This document shows positions 37,428 to 47,499 of a stretch of 64,000 nt of DNA, in pieces. Under the pieces are notes generated by a model that saw nothing but the letters and a program-made list of their open reading frames with translations, made no database searches and was not told the DNA's origin. Source of the DNA: a virus (lineage: Duplodnaviria > Caudoviricetes); the IMG/VR virus record IMGVR_UViG_3300009709_000023, positions 1 through 64,000 of that record; one strand, 5' to 3'. The translations under genes and the position numbers were made by a program. The stretch's first letter is position 1. The number at the start of each line of letters is the position of its first letter.

Positions 37428-38579
37428 TTAAAGCTTTGCGTGTTCTTCAATAATCAAAGGAGTGTTTTCTTTGATGTGACCATTCTTTAGAGCTTTGAGT
37501 GCATCAAGCTCAGTTTTGAAAGTAACAGGTTTTTGTTCAGAATCTGGTTCAGTCAAATATGAACTGCCCACAATTGCTTCGTGGCCCGGAGCCATCATTG
37601 AAATACCGATACCTTTACGATAATCATACGCATGAGCTTCTGGCAATAACTTTTCACGAGCTTCATTAATTGCCTCGGGAGTCATAGGCGTGTGAATAGA
37701 CAAAGCGTCACCATCAAAGTCACCGGAATATAAAGCAAGGTGAAGAGGATTAATACCTAAAGTTTTGCCTTCGACAGGAACTGGGTAGTGAGCAGTAACG
37801 TTTGTACGCATTAATGTAGGCGCACGATTCAGAATTACTGGAATCTGCTTAATTAATTTATTAAAAGAATTAACTGCAGCAGGTCCACGACTCTCAATTT
37901 CTTTTTTAGCTCGAATCAGATCGAAACCTTGCTGAACTAAATCACGCATAATGTGGTACTCGTACAGAGTCCACAACATGTCTTTGGGAACAGCTACTTC
38001 ATTGAAACCAAGATTAGCTTCCGCTCGAATCGTCGCACGGCCTGAGAAGTCTTGTTTACGACTCAGAAGTTTGGATTGGAAGTAACCGCCTTTTGGGCCG
38101 TACTTACCAGCGATTTGAGCAATGAAACCATTTAAATCTTTACCACGAGCGTATCCACTGATTGCATCGCCGAGCCCAAAAATAGCTTTGGCACCATCGT
38201 ATAGCGCTTTGCGTTCTGGAACAAGAGCGTGGGGTTCCAAGGTGTGCCCTAGCTCTTTCAGATTATTATTCACCGACATATGATCTCGGTAGAGATAGTT
38301 TACATCGGCAAATTCGATACGGTTACCCCCTGTTTGAACCGGAGGCCGGACAATCGGAGGAACAACTGGCATGTGCCTAAGAATGAATGCATGCTCGGGT
38401 TTAATACCAAGCTTGCGTAACCCCGCCAGGTATTTCAGACGTTTAACAATGCCATCTTTTTTCGATTTGGATTTAGTGGATTGGTATTCTTTTTGAAGGT
38501 CTTTAATTTGCTTTTCGACATCGATGTCCCCAAGCATAGATTCAAAAGCTAATCCACCAACTTTAACTTCGTCTGTCAT
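37428..38579 (-). CDS. rpoC: RNA polymerase beta' subunit, middle (catalytic) piece
   Basis: VVPPIVRP, SRKQDFSGRATI, ILNRAPTL, YSGDFDGD catalytic motif. Confidence 0.92.
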   Translation of the reverse strand: MTDEVKVGGLAFESMLGDIDVEKQIKDLQKEYQSTKSKSKKDGIVKRLKYLAGLRKLGIKPEHAFILRHMPVVPPIVRPPVQTGGNRIEFADVNYLYRDHMSVNNNLKELGHTLEPHALVPERKALYDGAKAIFGLGDAISGYARGKDLNGFIAQIAGKYGPKGGYFQSKLLSRKQDFSGRATIRAEANLGFNEVAVPKDMLWTLYEYHIMRDLVQQGFDLIRAKKEIESRGPAAVNSFNKLIKQIPVILNRAPTLMRTNVTAHYPVPVEGKTLGINPLHLALYSGDFDGDALSIHTPMTPEAINEAREKLLPEAHAYDYRKGIGISMMAPGHEAIVGSSYLTEPDSEQKPVTFKTELDALKALKNGHIKENTPLIIEEHAKL

Positions 38580-38815
38580 TAACTATAAACCTCATCAGAC
38601 AAGTTAGGAGTTGTGTTAGCAGGATTCATGCTATCCGTAATAAACCTTGTCGAACATGTAATAGGATGACGGACCGGAATCATTGGTTGTTGAGTGTAGA
38701 ATGTGTGAACTCCTGGCAAATCGATTGTTGCCATCATATTTACTCTCATCACTCCACTGATATCATCAGTATGCATAACAAAGCGATTGGGGTTAAAAAG
38801 TGGGCTAGAGATCAT
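38579..38815 (-). CDS. 78-aa hypothetical protein between RNAP pieces
   Basis: Abuts both RNAP ORFs (2-nt gap and 1-nt overlap). Confidence 0.55.
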   Translation of the reverse strand: MISSPLFNPNRFVMHTDDISGVMRVNMMATIDLPGVHTFYTQQPMIPVRHPITCSTRFITDSMNPANTTPNLSDEVYS

Positions 38816-38817
38816 AG

Positions 38818-41800
38818 TTATTCCAAGTGACTGACGTCCAGAGATTCTTCTCCGCCCATCAGATGATTATCTTCTTCTTCATCCGGCTCATCTTCAATTT
38901 CTGTAGAAGCAGCAAGATTAAGAGTTTTAACTAGTTTACCTGATTTAGTATCGACTAGATGGTATGTACTACCTTTGGCTTTTTTTACGCCCATCGCGCC
39001 CGATGTAATCCCATTGAACTCATTCTTGTTTAAACCAAGAAGAGTACGGATTGGCCGTTCGAAACTAGGATTGGCGATTGGTTCATATAAGGTATAATGA
39101 GACCAACGTTGGCCACGAACACCGCCAGTAATAGAGTTATCAAACATACCACCTTTAGATGGTTCAAGGCCACGTGGAGTTAACATCGTAGAGTCTTTGA
39201 TTTCACCATTACTCATGCCAACAACTTCATCATCAGTTAAAGGGGCAGCAGTAATTTTACCATCTTGCATTTTAGCGTTAATGCCGGAACCCTTCAGGTA
39301 GTCAAAGAACTTCTGCGTTGCAAAAGTCATCTTAGGTTTAGGCAGAGGCTGCCCCATGCGGAATTTTGCCCAGTAATCGGAATTCTCTTCTGATTTAAGC
39401 GTTGCAATTTCCCGAAGATTCTTACGGGCGTTAGAACCAAGTAAGCCAAGTACTTCCATGTAGCCAACAGCTTTCGAGCCCTCTTCACCACCTTTTGTCG
39501 GTTGGAGAACATTATCGTATGAACCTGTATTACGGGCTGACCAGTTTTGATCGGTTGTTTTATATAGTTTCAAAAAGTACTGCGGACCAGTCAAGATTTT
39601 GCCAAGATTCTTATTTGTAGTTGGATCAACCATTTCTTCAGAATCTTCCAAGCCATGAGCCGCAAGTTCATTTTTCATATCCTGAATATTATTTTTTTTA
39701 CTGAAGTTATGCAGATAATACGGTTTCCCAGTTTTCTGAGCAATCTTTGCTGCTGCAGTCTCCATAAGCTGCCCCAGGTTAATACGAGAAGTAACTGAGG
39801 CTGGATTCAAAAGAATATCAGCAGGCTTACCAGACGCTACATTGTAAGGCATCTTATCGTCAGGGAGAATCAAGGATACAATACCTTTGTTACCATGAAG
39901 ACCAGTCAGTTTATCACCTACTTCAAGCGGTTTAACAGAGCGAAGAATAATACGGTAGTCTTTACCTTCGGTGTGAGTATCAACAACCTCTCCGTTCTCA
40001 TCATGAGTCCAATATTCGACTACACACCGGTAAGGGGAAACCAATGTTTTGTGTAAACGACCGAGGATCAAATCTTCAGCACTTGGTTCACGTTTTTCAA
40101 GAACAACATAAACAGGATCCCCATGATGCAAAATAGCACCGACTTTGGCAAAACCTTTATCATCCAGGTTATCAAGCTGTGCCCGAGAAAATCGGTTAGG
40201 GAATAGAGATCTAACTTGAGCTTTCTTCATGATTACACCGTCTTGGACAGCGTAGTCAACCTTGTATGCGTGATGACTTTTAAGACCATCAGCACAAGAT
40301 TGAGAAATAACTAAACCGTCCTCATGGTTATAGCCCCGATATGGCATATAAGCAACATTAAGGTTTTTACCAAGAGAGAGAACGCCATTTTTCGTGTAGT
40401 TGGAATCCAAAAGATCTTGTCCTGCCTTAACTGTATCCCCTTCTTTCACTAGAGGTTCAGCAAGATCCAGGAAGCCTTTAGCATTGAACGGTAAGTTACG
40501 AACAACTTCATGTTTGTGGACTTTGCCATTCTCATCTTTGATATGAATTTGATTTGGGGTAACTTTGGTTACCGTACCATTAGTAGGAGACAAAGGAGTA
40601 ATAATTTTCCCAACCCAACGTACATAAGGAAGTCCGGCCTTGTTTACAGTCTGAACAAGAGGCTGTTCACGATCAACTAAGGACAGTGCTTGGGTCAGTG
40701 CCTTTGACGCCATGGAGAGGCGGCCAGGGTGATTACTATTGATGAAGGGAACCATATTCGTCGTAATTGTATACAACGAAGTTGCATCATTTAACCAATA
40801 ATCGACATCTTGTCGTGGGACCATTTTGAAATGACCTTTGACTTGAGCATGGACTATTTTGTCGTTTTCCTGATTTGGAAATCCGATGGTGTGAGACATC
40901 ATTTCACCAACGCTTAACCACATACCTTTACCGGTTTTATCAACGACACGAGCGTAGAGATTACCTTCTTTATCACGACCTGACGATAAAGTAAAACGTT
41001 GATCAATACCAGCACTTCCGGATTCAGGAGTACGGTTAGGGTCGATAATACCCAGGTGAGAAGGGTCAATGTCACGAGCAGTAAGTGGCACACCTTCAGG
41101 CGATGCAATACCACCTTCATCAGGACCCATGACCGTGACCTTACCAACAGACTCAATACTTTCCAGAGGGTTAGTTTCCGAAAGCGTTGAAACGAGCGTA
41201 GATTGAAGCAAATAATTAGAAAGGAATTTATTGTAAGGCTTTGGAGCGATGACCGAACGAAGCTTTGGCTTTTCCTTATCCATTTTCTCCAATTGATAAG
41301 CAAGTTTAGAATTCAACTGCTTGACCATTTGGTGCTTCTCAAAACGTGTGTTGAGATAGTCCGGGAGACTCTGAACCTTTTTGAACTGGAGAGAATCTCG
41401 GTTATCCTCTGGACGTTTACCAGAGTGTGTATCAGCTAGATTCTTCATAGCTAATAACAAAGTTTCGCCTGTGACATGGGTGAAATCTTTACCCAATGTA
41501 ATATTGGTTGTTTGGGGAGCCAATGTAGAATTCTGCAATGCTTGTTTGAGTTCTACAATCACTTCCTCCGGGGAAGGGTTTGGCTTTTGCAATGACCTAT
41601 TAACAAGTCGAGTATACAAAGACTGAAGAATTTTATCTTCCTTGCCTTTCGTTGCCGCTACGTTCGCTTCCCAAAGAGCGGGAGAAAAATACTTTTCGGC
41701 TTCTTTGGGCCCAATGCCAAATACTTTGGTCAGAAGGGGGGCAACTGGGACATAAGACGACTTGATATTGAGGTTGAATAACAACTTCTCGGGATCAAGA

Positions 41801-42264
41801 GTAATGTAAAAACTTTGGCCTTTAGCCGTGTTGAAGTGAGATTCGAGTACGCCAGTTGGACGTCGACGTGTGTAAACGCCCGGCCGGAGCTGAAGCATGT
41901 TTGAAACGTTATAGTTATTGCCTTTATACACAAGGGTATGTTTGCCGGTATACGAAAAAGAATCCATTAATGCGAAGTTTTTTTCCTCATCTACCAATTT
42001 GCCGGTAGCTTTATCGTAAAGTCTCAAGTCACCTCGAATAGGGTACGTCAAACTCTTTGAACGAAGAATAGCGTCTTTTTCATCAAGCTGACTGAAATGC
42101 TTCTCGTCAGGGTGAACATTGGTAAGTTCAAGCCGATAGTTTTTGGTTTCAATCGGGAATTGTTTCTGAAGGCCTTCGACAAGGGCCTCATCCTTTTTCG
42201 CATTCAGAGAATCCGGAGATGTAAAAATAGGAGTAACATCCAGAGAATTTAACGGCTGTGGCAT
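38818..42264 (-). CDS. rpoB: RNA polymerase beta subunit fused to the beta' N-terminal segment
   Basis: RDIDPSHLG.IDP..TPES, YRGYNHEDG, GDKLTGLHGNKGIVS, LNPASVTSRINLGQ, GYMEV; tail MSNGEIK...GGMFD..ITG..RWSHYTLYEP matches the beta' N-terminus. Confidence 0.92.
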   Translation of the reverse strand: MPQPLNSLDVTPIFTSPDSLNAKKDEALVEGLQKQFPIETKNYRLELTNVHPDEKHFSQLDEKDAILRSKSLTYPIRGDLRLYDKATGKLVDEEKNFALMDSFSYTGKHTLVYKGNNYNVSNMLQLRPGVYTRRRPTGVLESHFNTAKGQSFYITLDPEKLLFNLNIKSSYVPVAPLLTKVFGIGPKEAEKYFSPALWEANVAATKGKEDKILQSLYTRLVNRSLQKPNPSPEEVIVELKQALQNSTLAPQTTNITLGKDFTHVTGETLLLAMKNLADTHSGKRPEDNRDSLQFKKVQSLPDYLNTRFEKHQMVKQLNSKLAYQLEKMDKEKPKLRSVIAPKPYNKFLSNYLLQSTLVSTLSETNPLESIESVGKVTVMGPDEGGIASPEGVPLTARDIDPSHLGIIDPNRTPESGSAGIDQRFTLSSGRDKEGNLYARVVDKTGKGMWLSVGEMMSHTIGFPNQENDKIVHAQVKGHFKMVPRQDVDYWLNDATSLYTITTNMVPFINSNHPGRLSMASKALTQALSLVDREQPLVQTVNKAGLPYVRWVGKIITPLSPTNGTVTKVTPNQIHIKDENGKVHKHEVVRNLPFNAKGFLDLAEPLVKEGDTVKAGQDLLDSNYTKNGVLSLGKNLNVAYMPYRGYNHEDGLVISQSCADGLKSHHAYKVDYAVQDGVIMKKAQVRSLFPNRFSRAQLDNLDDKGFAKVGAILHHGDPVYVVLEKREPSAEDLILGRLHKTLVSPYRCVVEYWTHDENGEVVDTHTEGKDYRIILRSVKPLEVGDKLTGLHGNKGIVSLILPDDKMPYNVASGKPADILLNPASVTSRINLGQLMETAAAKIAQKTGKPYYLHNFSKKNNIQDMKNELAAHGLEDSEEMVDPTTNKNLGKILTGPQYFLKLYKTTDQNWSARNTGSYDNVLQPTKGGEEGSKAVGYMEVLGLLGSNARKNLREIATLKSEENSDYWAKFRMGQPLPKPKMTFATQKFFDYLKGSGINAKMQDGKITAAPLTDDEVVGMSNGEIKDSTMLTPRGLEPSKGGMFDNSITGGVRGQRWSHYTLYEPIANPSFERPIRTLLGLNKNEFNGITSGAMGVKKAKGSTYHLVDTKSGKLVKTLNLAASTEIEDEPDEEEDNHLMGGEESLDVSHLE

Positions 42265-42536
42265 TACCGGCTGACCTTTTCCATATACTTTATTACAACA
42301 AAATACTGATCCATGAATATATACTTATCCGTAGATAGGAGTACGATGCCATCATTACGTATACCTCTTGTTTCTAAATCCGAAAGATCTGCTCGTTCAA
42401 TATCGTCAGCTAGATTTGCTTTGAAATAACGTATGGCATATTTATTGACATCAAAATCTTCAGCAGTAGAAAAACTACCTACCGAAGGCATCATTGGAAG
42501 TTCTACTGCTTGGCTAAAAGGGTCTCGTGCGTTCAT
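42264..42536 (-). CDS. Hypothetical protein
   Basis: CTAAAATAC box 4 nt upstream of the ATG; coupled to rpoB. Confidence 0.75.
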   Translation of the reverse strand: MNARDPFSQAVELPMMPSVGSFSTAEDFDVNKYAIRYFKANLADDIERADLSDLETRGIRNDGIVLLSTDKYIFMDQYFVVIKYMEKVSR

Positions 42537-42545
42537 CTTTGTATT

Positions 42546-43262
42546 TTAGGCTAGGTTAATCTCATCCCAAAAACTAGTATAGTCTTCATGCCTATACCTA
42601 TCAGGGTCAAACTTATTGCTCTTTGTCAAATTTTCTGATGCCGTCACTATTCTCAGATTAAAGTGATTGTGTAACCCACACACCAAAGGATGTTTAAGTG
42701 GCAAAATATGGTCTGCATGGTATGTAGTTTTTGATTCTTTGTTGAGTAATTTAATTTTTTTAAAAATTTGTCTGAGAATCTTCTTATCTGCCCACCTGCA
42801 CTGAGTGGTGCGTTTAAGAGCTTCTCTACATGCATTATGTACTGTAAATGCAAGAGGATTTTCTTTGTACTTCTCTTTGTACCTTAGTCTAACTTCTTCT
42901 GAAGAATAGTATTCTTTCCTATATTCTCTAAGCTTTGTATAATTTTTTTCATTATACTCACGAAAATACTCCTTTACTTTTTCTTTGTTAAATTGACGCC
43001 ATTCTAGTTTGGCTTTAGAAAGGACCTCTTTATTTTCGGTACGATACTTTTTTTGATATTCTTTATAAGAAGTCCTTTCTTGGTACTCTTTCATATATTC
43101 CGCTCGTTCATTTTTATGAGATTTAGCCCAAGCTTTGCTACAATCCACACATGTAGTAGAACTTGCGTACCTCTCTGAAAAATGACCATTTTTGCAAGGC
43201 TTGCCAGTATAATAAACTTTTAAGCCCTGCTCTTTAGCGTCTTTTCTACTAATGACTTCCAT
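42546..43262 (-). CDS. HNH homing endonuclease
   Basis: YYTGKPCKNGH, HADHILPL..PLVCGLHNHFNLRIVT..EN. Confidence 0.85.
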   Translation of the reverse strand: MEVISRKDAKEQGLKVYYTGKPCKNGHFSERYASSTTCVDCSKAWAKSHKNERAEYMKEYQERTSYKEYQKKYRTENKEVLSKAKLEWRQFNKEKVKEYFREYNEKNYTKLREYRKEYYSSEEVRLRYKEKYKENPLAFTVHNACREALKRTTQCRWADKKILRQIFKKIKLLNKESKTTYHADHILPLKHPLVCGLHNHFNLRIVTASENLTKSNKFDPDRYRHEDYTSFWDEINLA

Positions 43263-43280
43263 ACAACACCAAGCTAAAAA

Positions 43281-45149
43281 TTAAACAACAGGACCAGTCA
43301 TACCGCCAGAACCTCCTGGAGGTACGCCACCCTGATCGGGATTAGAGTTATCAGACTCCATTGTACCAGCATCCCCCCCGTCTTGTCCACCTTGTTGTGC
43401 ATTGGGATCGCTAGGATCCTGGCCTGGTTGGGCACCGGCTGCTTGCTGCATAGCCATCTCCGCTGAACGAGCTTCGCTTTCTTCTTGCAATAATTTAGCA
43501 ACCAGGAGATACATAGCATAGTCTTGAATCTTAAGTTGATTAAGAACTTGACGTTTAGTACTTTCATCAGCGCTAAACAACTCTTCAGCAATCTGTTGAG
43601 CCTTTTGCAGTGCAGTCTTATAATCGTTATTCTTGTCAAAATTATCAGCGAGTTTTTTGGCAGCTAAGAAGCTTGCTTGTTCAACCTTAAGCTGAGTTTC
43701 AATCTGAGTTGTTGATGTGTCCACTGCTTCTTGACTGATCTTATCAAGCTCATCCCTGTAGTCTTCTCCAAAACTTTCAAACAATGTTGTGTAAGAAGCC
43801 TTACCTTGCGTAACAGCCGCCATAAGCATTTGTTGAAAATTAGTGTCGTCGCTAAGGCGGAATGGTGCTAAAGTCACCTGGATATCCTCCCAACCCATAT
43901 AACCAGAAATCTTACTTACAATCCATTGGATGAAGCCTTCAATTTGCCCTGTGTAGCATTGGAGAGTGTTTTCAAGCAAACGAAGACCAACTGTGGAACT
44001 TGTCCAGTTTGTTTGGCCAGAAAGCAGTTCTTCAGAAACACCAAGACTTAGGAGAATGCTACGGTCAGCCGCTTCAATCTCTGCTGAAACAAGAAGCGTT
44101 TTACCTTCCCCGGAAATAGTTTGATAGCCAATAGGAATTGGGGCTACAACAACGTGATTTCTATCTTGTTTATGGCGAACGACGTTTTGCTGCATGTGAG
44201 CAACAAAACTTTTTAGACTCATTTGGACGCTAGGATCTGAATTACCTGTTTGTGCCTGAGGGAAAATAACACGCATCGGACTCATAAAGTCTGTAGCAAT
44301 GCTTTCATTAGCCCGACGTAGTGTTGCTTGGTAGAAAACTAAATTGAACAGAGAAATCAGCGGAGGAACAGCAATGCCATTAATAACTTGACCGGTCGAG
44401 ATGTTGCGTAAATGATAGATCGCATCTTTTGCAAATTCAAAATCTTGCTGATTCTGAATACACTCTATAAATTCCCAAGGAACAGAATCAACGAACAAAC
44501 GGTCTCCCATCTGAACTCGACGTTTTACGTCATTCGGAATTTTATAGTAGTACTTGAACTCACCAGTGATGGGATTGTTATTCACTACAATGTTCAATGG
44601 ATCCCATTTGATAATATTCATATCAGCGACATTCATTGATTTACGATCATGGCGTTCAAAAACCCCACTCCAATGACATTGAGGACATTCTCCAGTAAAA
44701 CTAAATTTTGAAAATTTTAGAAAATGGGCGGTCTTAGCTTGATATCTTCCCTGACAATTCCTACATACCAGTTCTCGATGGATTGGAGTGTATAGGGATA
44801 AGAATACATTTCCAATAGAATGATATTCAAATCCAATATCATGAAGCACACTTTTCATCTTCATAGTTTCGAAAAGATTCGAATAAAGATTTTTAGAAGC
44901 TTCATTATCTGTTTCGTAGACAAAATCGGTGATTGGATACGTTGAGTACTTTCTCAGTACCTCCGTCGTAACCGGTGACTGCATGGTAATGTACCGTGCC
45001 CAACGAATAACGTCGTGAAGGTTCCGTGGAAGAAACTGATTGGCAATGGTAAAGAACGGAGACGAAGTCGGAGCATAGTTTCCGCTCAATGGAATACCCG
45101 GCATTCCAGGTACTAAAGGCGGTTGCAAAGACATCTGAGAAGGATTCAT
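43281..45149 (-). CDS. Probable portal protein with a CxxC...CxxC insertion
   Basis: 622 aa, helical; VIRWARY..YSTYPITD N-terminus, IYHLRN..G..PPL..LF clip region, Gln/Gly-rich tail. Confidence 0.6.
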   Translation of the reverse strand: MNPSQMSLQPPLVPGMPGIPLSGNYAPTSSPFFTIANQFLPRNLHDVIRWARYITMQSPVTTEVLRKYSTYPITDFVYETDNEASKNLYSNLFETMKMKSVLHDIGFEYHSIGNVFLSLYTPIHRELVCRNCQGRYQAKTAHFLKFSKFSFTGECPQCHWSGVFERHDRKSMNVADMNIIKWDPLNIVVNNNPITGEFKYYYKIPNDVKRRVQMGDRLFVDSVPWEFIECIQNQQDFEFAKDAIYHLRNISTGQVINGIAVPPLISLFNLVFYQATLRRANESIATDFMSPMRVIFPQAQTGNSDPSVQMSLKSFVAHMQQNVVRHKQDRNHVVVAPIPIGYQTISGEGKTLLVSAEIEAADRSILLSLGVSEELLSGQTNWTSSTVGLRLLENTLQCYTGQIEGFIQWIVSKISGYMGWEDIQVTLAPFRLSDDTNFQQMLMAAVTQGKASYTTLFESFGEDYRDELDKISQEAVDTSTTQIETQLKVEQASFLAAKKLADNFDKNNDYKTALQKAQQIAEELFSADESTKRQVLNQLKIQDYAMYLLVAKLLQEESEARSAEMAMQQAAGAQPGQDPSDPNAQQGGQDGGDAGTMESDNSNPDQGGVPPGGSGGMTGPVV

Positions 45150-45292
45150 AGTATTTTACTAAAGGTTAGCATTGTAATTTTAGCAGAGCGATCCTTATAA
45201 GTCAATGTTAAGGCAGTGTAAATTGGTATAAGTATTATGGAAATAGACAAGGGGAATTTCCATCAACCAGACTATTTCAGGAGAATTACTAT

Positions 45293-45742
45293 ATGCCTAA
45301 AATGGCCCCCCAGCTTTCAAGGTTTAAAAATAAAGAAGTACGAGCCAGAAAGAATTCAGAAGCAACGGATTCTGGCCGTAAAAAATCCGCTTTCGTGCAA
45401 TCAGGAAAGCCAGTCAATTTTGGACCAGGATGGGAGAAAAAAGAACAAGAACAGCGGGAACGAAAATGGAAGAACAATAGGACAAGAACTCCTCGAAGTC
45501 CTTTTATGACCCAACGCGGCGCTAAAAATCTCGACTTGCGACGCGAGGCATCTTTGGCAAGAGCTGAAGAGCAACTGCGCGCCCAGACAGATTCTGTAGT
45601 AGAAGTTGATGTAGAAGTACCAACGGTGCCAGTTATCGAAGCGCAAAAATCAGCGCTTTCTAAATTGGCGGATATGGCTGAATCATCCCTAGGGTTAGTT
45701 GCGGCGGGGATTACCGGTCGGTTTTTGCGTAAGAAACGTTAG
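45293..45742 (+). CDS. Basic hypothetical protein
   Basis: AGGAG SD; after TGGTATAAG at 45224. Confidence 0.75.
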   Translation: MPKMAPQLSRFKNKEVRARKNSEATDSGRKKSAFVQSGKPVNFGPGWEKKEQEQRERKWKNNRTRTPRSPFMTQRGAKNLDLRREASLARAEEQLRAQTDSVVEVDVEVPTVPVIEAQKSALSKLADMAESSLGLVAAGITGRFLRKKR

Positions 45743-45750
45743 GAGGGTAT

Positions 45751-45966
45751 ATGGGGTACTACGCTCGTCGAGATAAGCGAAAAGAAACCTTGAAAAGACG
45801 GCTTGCGATGTTGTCTGAACAAGTGGCAGCCGAGCAAGACCCGCTAGTGAAATTCACCAACAATGCCAAGGATATCATTGTCTTGACATTGACGGTCGCG
45901 GCTGCGCTGATTGCGGTTAGTGCTCTCCAACGTGCTTTTTGGGTGGGGTTTCGAACAGACACCTAG
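45751..45966 (+). CDS. Small membrane protein
   Basis: GGAGG SD; C-terminal hydrophobic helix. Confidence 0.7.
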   Translation: MGYYARRDKRKETLKRRLAMLSEQVAAEQDPLVKFTNNAKDIIVLTLTVAAALIAVSALQRAFWVGFRTDT

Positions 45967-45975
45967 GGATCCATC

Positions 45976-46209
45976 GTGAAAAAGAAAAAACTGTACGATG
46001 TTACCGACGTTGAATTCGAAGAGCTACATCGATATCGGCCAGACTCTAGAGCCAGAACTCTTTCCCCTGTTGAAATAAAACCTAGTCTGAAAAACTTCAT
46101 TAAGTTTACAGGCCGGGTTTTATACTACGGTGTAGTAGGGATAGGCCTGGTTATAAAGTTTGGCCGAGTTGGAAAATCAGTTAGAGGTAGCTCCAGAAAT
46201 AAGCGTTAG
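45976..46209 (+). CDS. Small membrane-associated protein
   Basis: GTG start; hydrophobic segment. Confidence 0.6.
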   Translation: MKKKKLYDVTDVEFEELHRYRPDSRARTLSPVEIKPSLKNFIKFTGRVLYYGVVGIGLVIKFGRVGKSVRGSSRNKR

Positions 46210-46312
46210 TAAATCAAGACTTGAAATTGGTATAAGTAAAGTAAGCGGAGAAAATAGATTTATCTAGAGTATTCCGTGTTTATTAATTCATTCCTGATAA
46301 AGGGGAAGTTCC

Positions 46313-46615
46313 ATGGAAAACGCAGCAAACGATCAACCTTTGAGCGCAGCAGAAGCAGGAAACCAATCGGCGGCAGCGGCGATCCAAGCGGCCGAAGCCC
46401 AAAAAGTACTGCGCAACGAAAAGATCAAGGAAACCCTGATTTCGACGGCGAAGGTGGCAGGACAGGCGGCTCTCACTATCGTCTCGGCAGCGGTGTTCGG
46501 TTACGTCCTGGGTGCTACTCTCCGCAGCGCAACCAACGCCGGCGAAAAGCGTACGGCGGAAGAAGTTTCGGACGACCCGACAACGGTCATCGAAGCCGAT
46601 GTTGTGACGATGTAA
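46313..46615 (+). CDS. Ala-rich membrane protein
   Basis: GGGGAAG SD; after TGGTATAAG at 46228. Confidence 0.75.
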   Translation: MENAANDQPLSAAEAGNQSAAAAIQAAEAQKVLRNEKIKETLISTAKVAGQAALTIVSAAVFGYVLGATLRSATNAGEKRTAEEVSDDPTTVIEADVVTM

Positions 46616-46682
46616 CCTTACAGGGGGCTCAGGACTGGAAGATCCTCGGCCCCCGCGTTCACCATGCCGGGGGTACCTTTTA

Positions 46683-47105
46683 ATGTCAGAACTTCAAACT
46701 CACGAACCAGGTTTCGAATCAGATATTGCTTTGAAACTTGGAAAAGTTCGTCCTCAGATTAAAGTAGTGGCAGACGCAACACGACAGAATACAGATATTA
46801 CCGAGGACACGCTGCCCCAGCCCGAGCGGACTGGACGCAGGGAGGAGCGTGAGCAGAGGGAAGTAAGGGAGCCTGTAGTACGGATAACGGAAAACGAAAA
46901 AGGTGATTTGACGATCTCAGTTCCTCCATCCATGGATGAGGCAAAGAAGATCGCAGCAGAAGTTCCTAGGGCTCAGAGGGCCGCGACGAGACAGAAATAC
47001 ACGAGCATGGTTGCTGATGTTGCTATTACGACATTAATGGTGGCATCAAGTATCGTGCTACTTGCATTCGCAGCAAAAGGTTTATCTTCTACCCGGGAAG
47101 ACTAA
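46683..47105 (+). CDS. Hypothetical protein with a C-terminal transmembrane segment
   Basis: GGGGG SD; VAITTLMVASSIVLLAFAA. Confidence 0.75.
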   Translation: MSELQTHEPGFESDIALKLGKVRPQIKVVADATRQNTDITEDTLPQPERTGRREEREQREVREPVVRITENEKGDLTISVPPSMDEAKKIAAEVPRAQRAATRQKYTSMVADVAITTLMVASSIVLLAFAAKGLSSTRED

Positions 47106-47160
47106 ACTAGGGATCGAGAGGCTTTACTGGCTTCTCGATTTTTTTAGCCATGGAACATCA

Positions 47161-47499
47161 ATGTCTCTCATAGATCTCAGCTTCAACAACATTAGCATCG
47201 CTAATTATTTTAATGGCGACAACTCTTATGTACCAATCTCTGAATTGATGTATATTCATACTCATCCATTGATTCGTCCTAATTTTTTAACGAACATAGA
47301 AACACTTATAAATCAGGTTGCAACTAAAATTGCAGCGAAGCCGATTAATGGAGTTCCGGCAACCGATTTGGCTAATTACGCAGTAAAGTTAGCTACGGAA
47401 TTACAAGATCTTACAGAAGAAAATGCCCCAGTCGTGCTGGGGCTGTTGAGAGTTATTTACACATATTGTAACAATGTGCTAAAGACTATTGATCAATAA
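47161..47499 (+). CDS. Hypothetical protein
   Basis: ATG 47161 after a terminator hairpin. Confidence 0.65.
   Translation: MSLIDLSFNNISIANYFNGDNSYVPISELMYIHTHPLIRPNFLTNIETLINQVATKIAAKPINGVPATDLANYAVKLATELQDLTEENAPVVLGLLRVIYTYCNNVLKTIDQ

Noticed and set aside
46276-46683. 135-aa alternative-frame ORF
   Set aside because: It overlaps 46313-46615, which has the better SD, ATG and protein-like composition.
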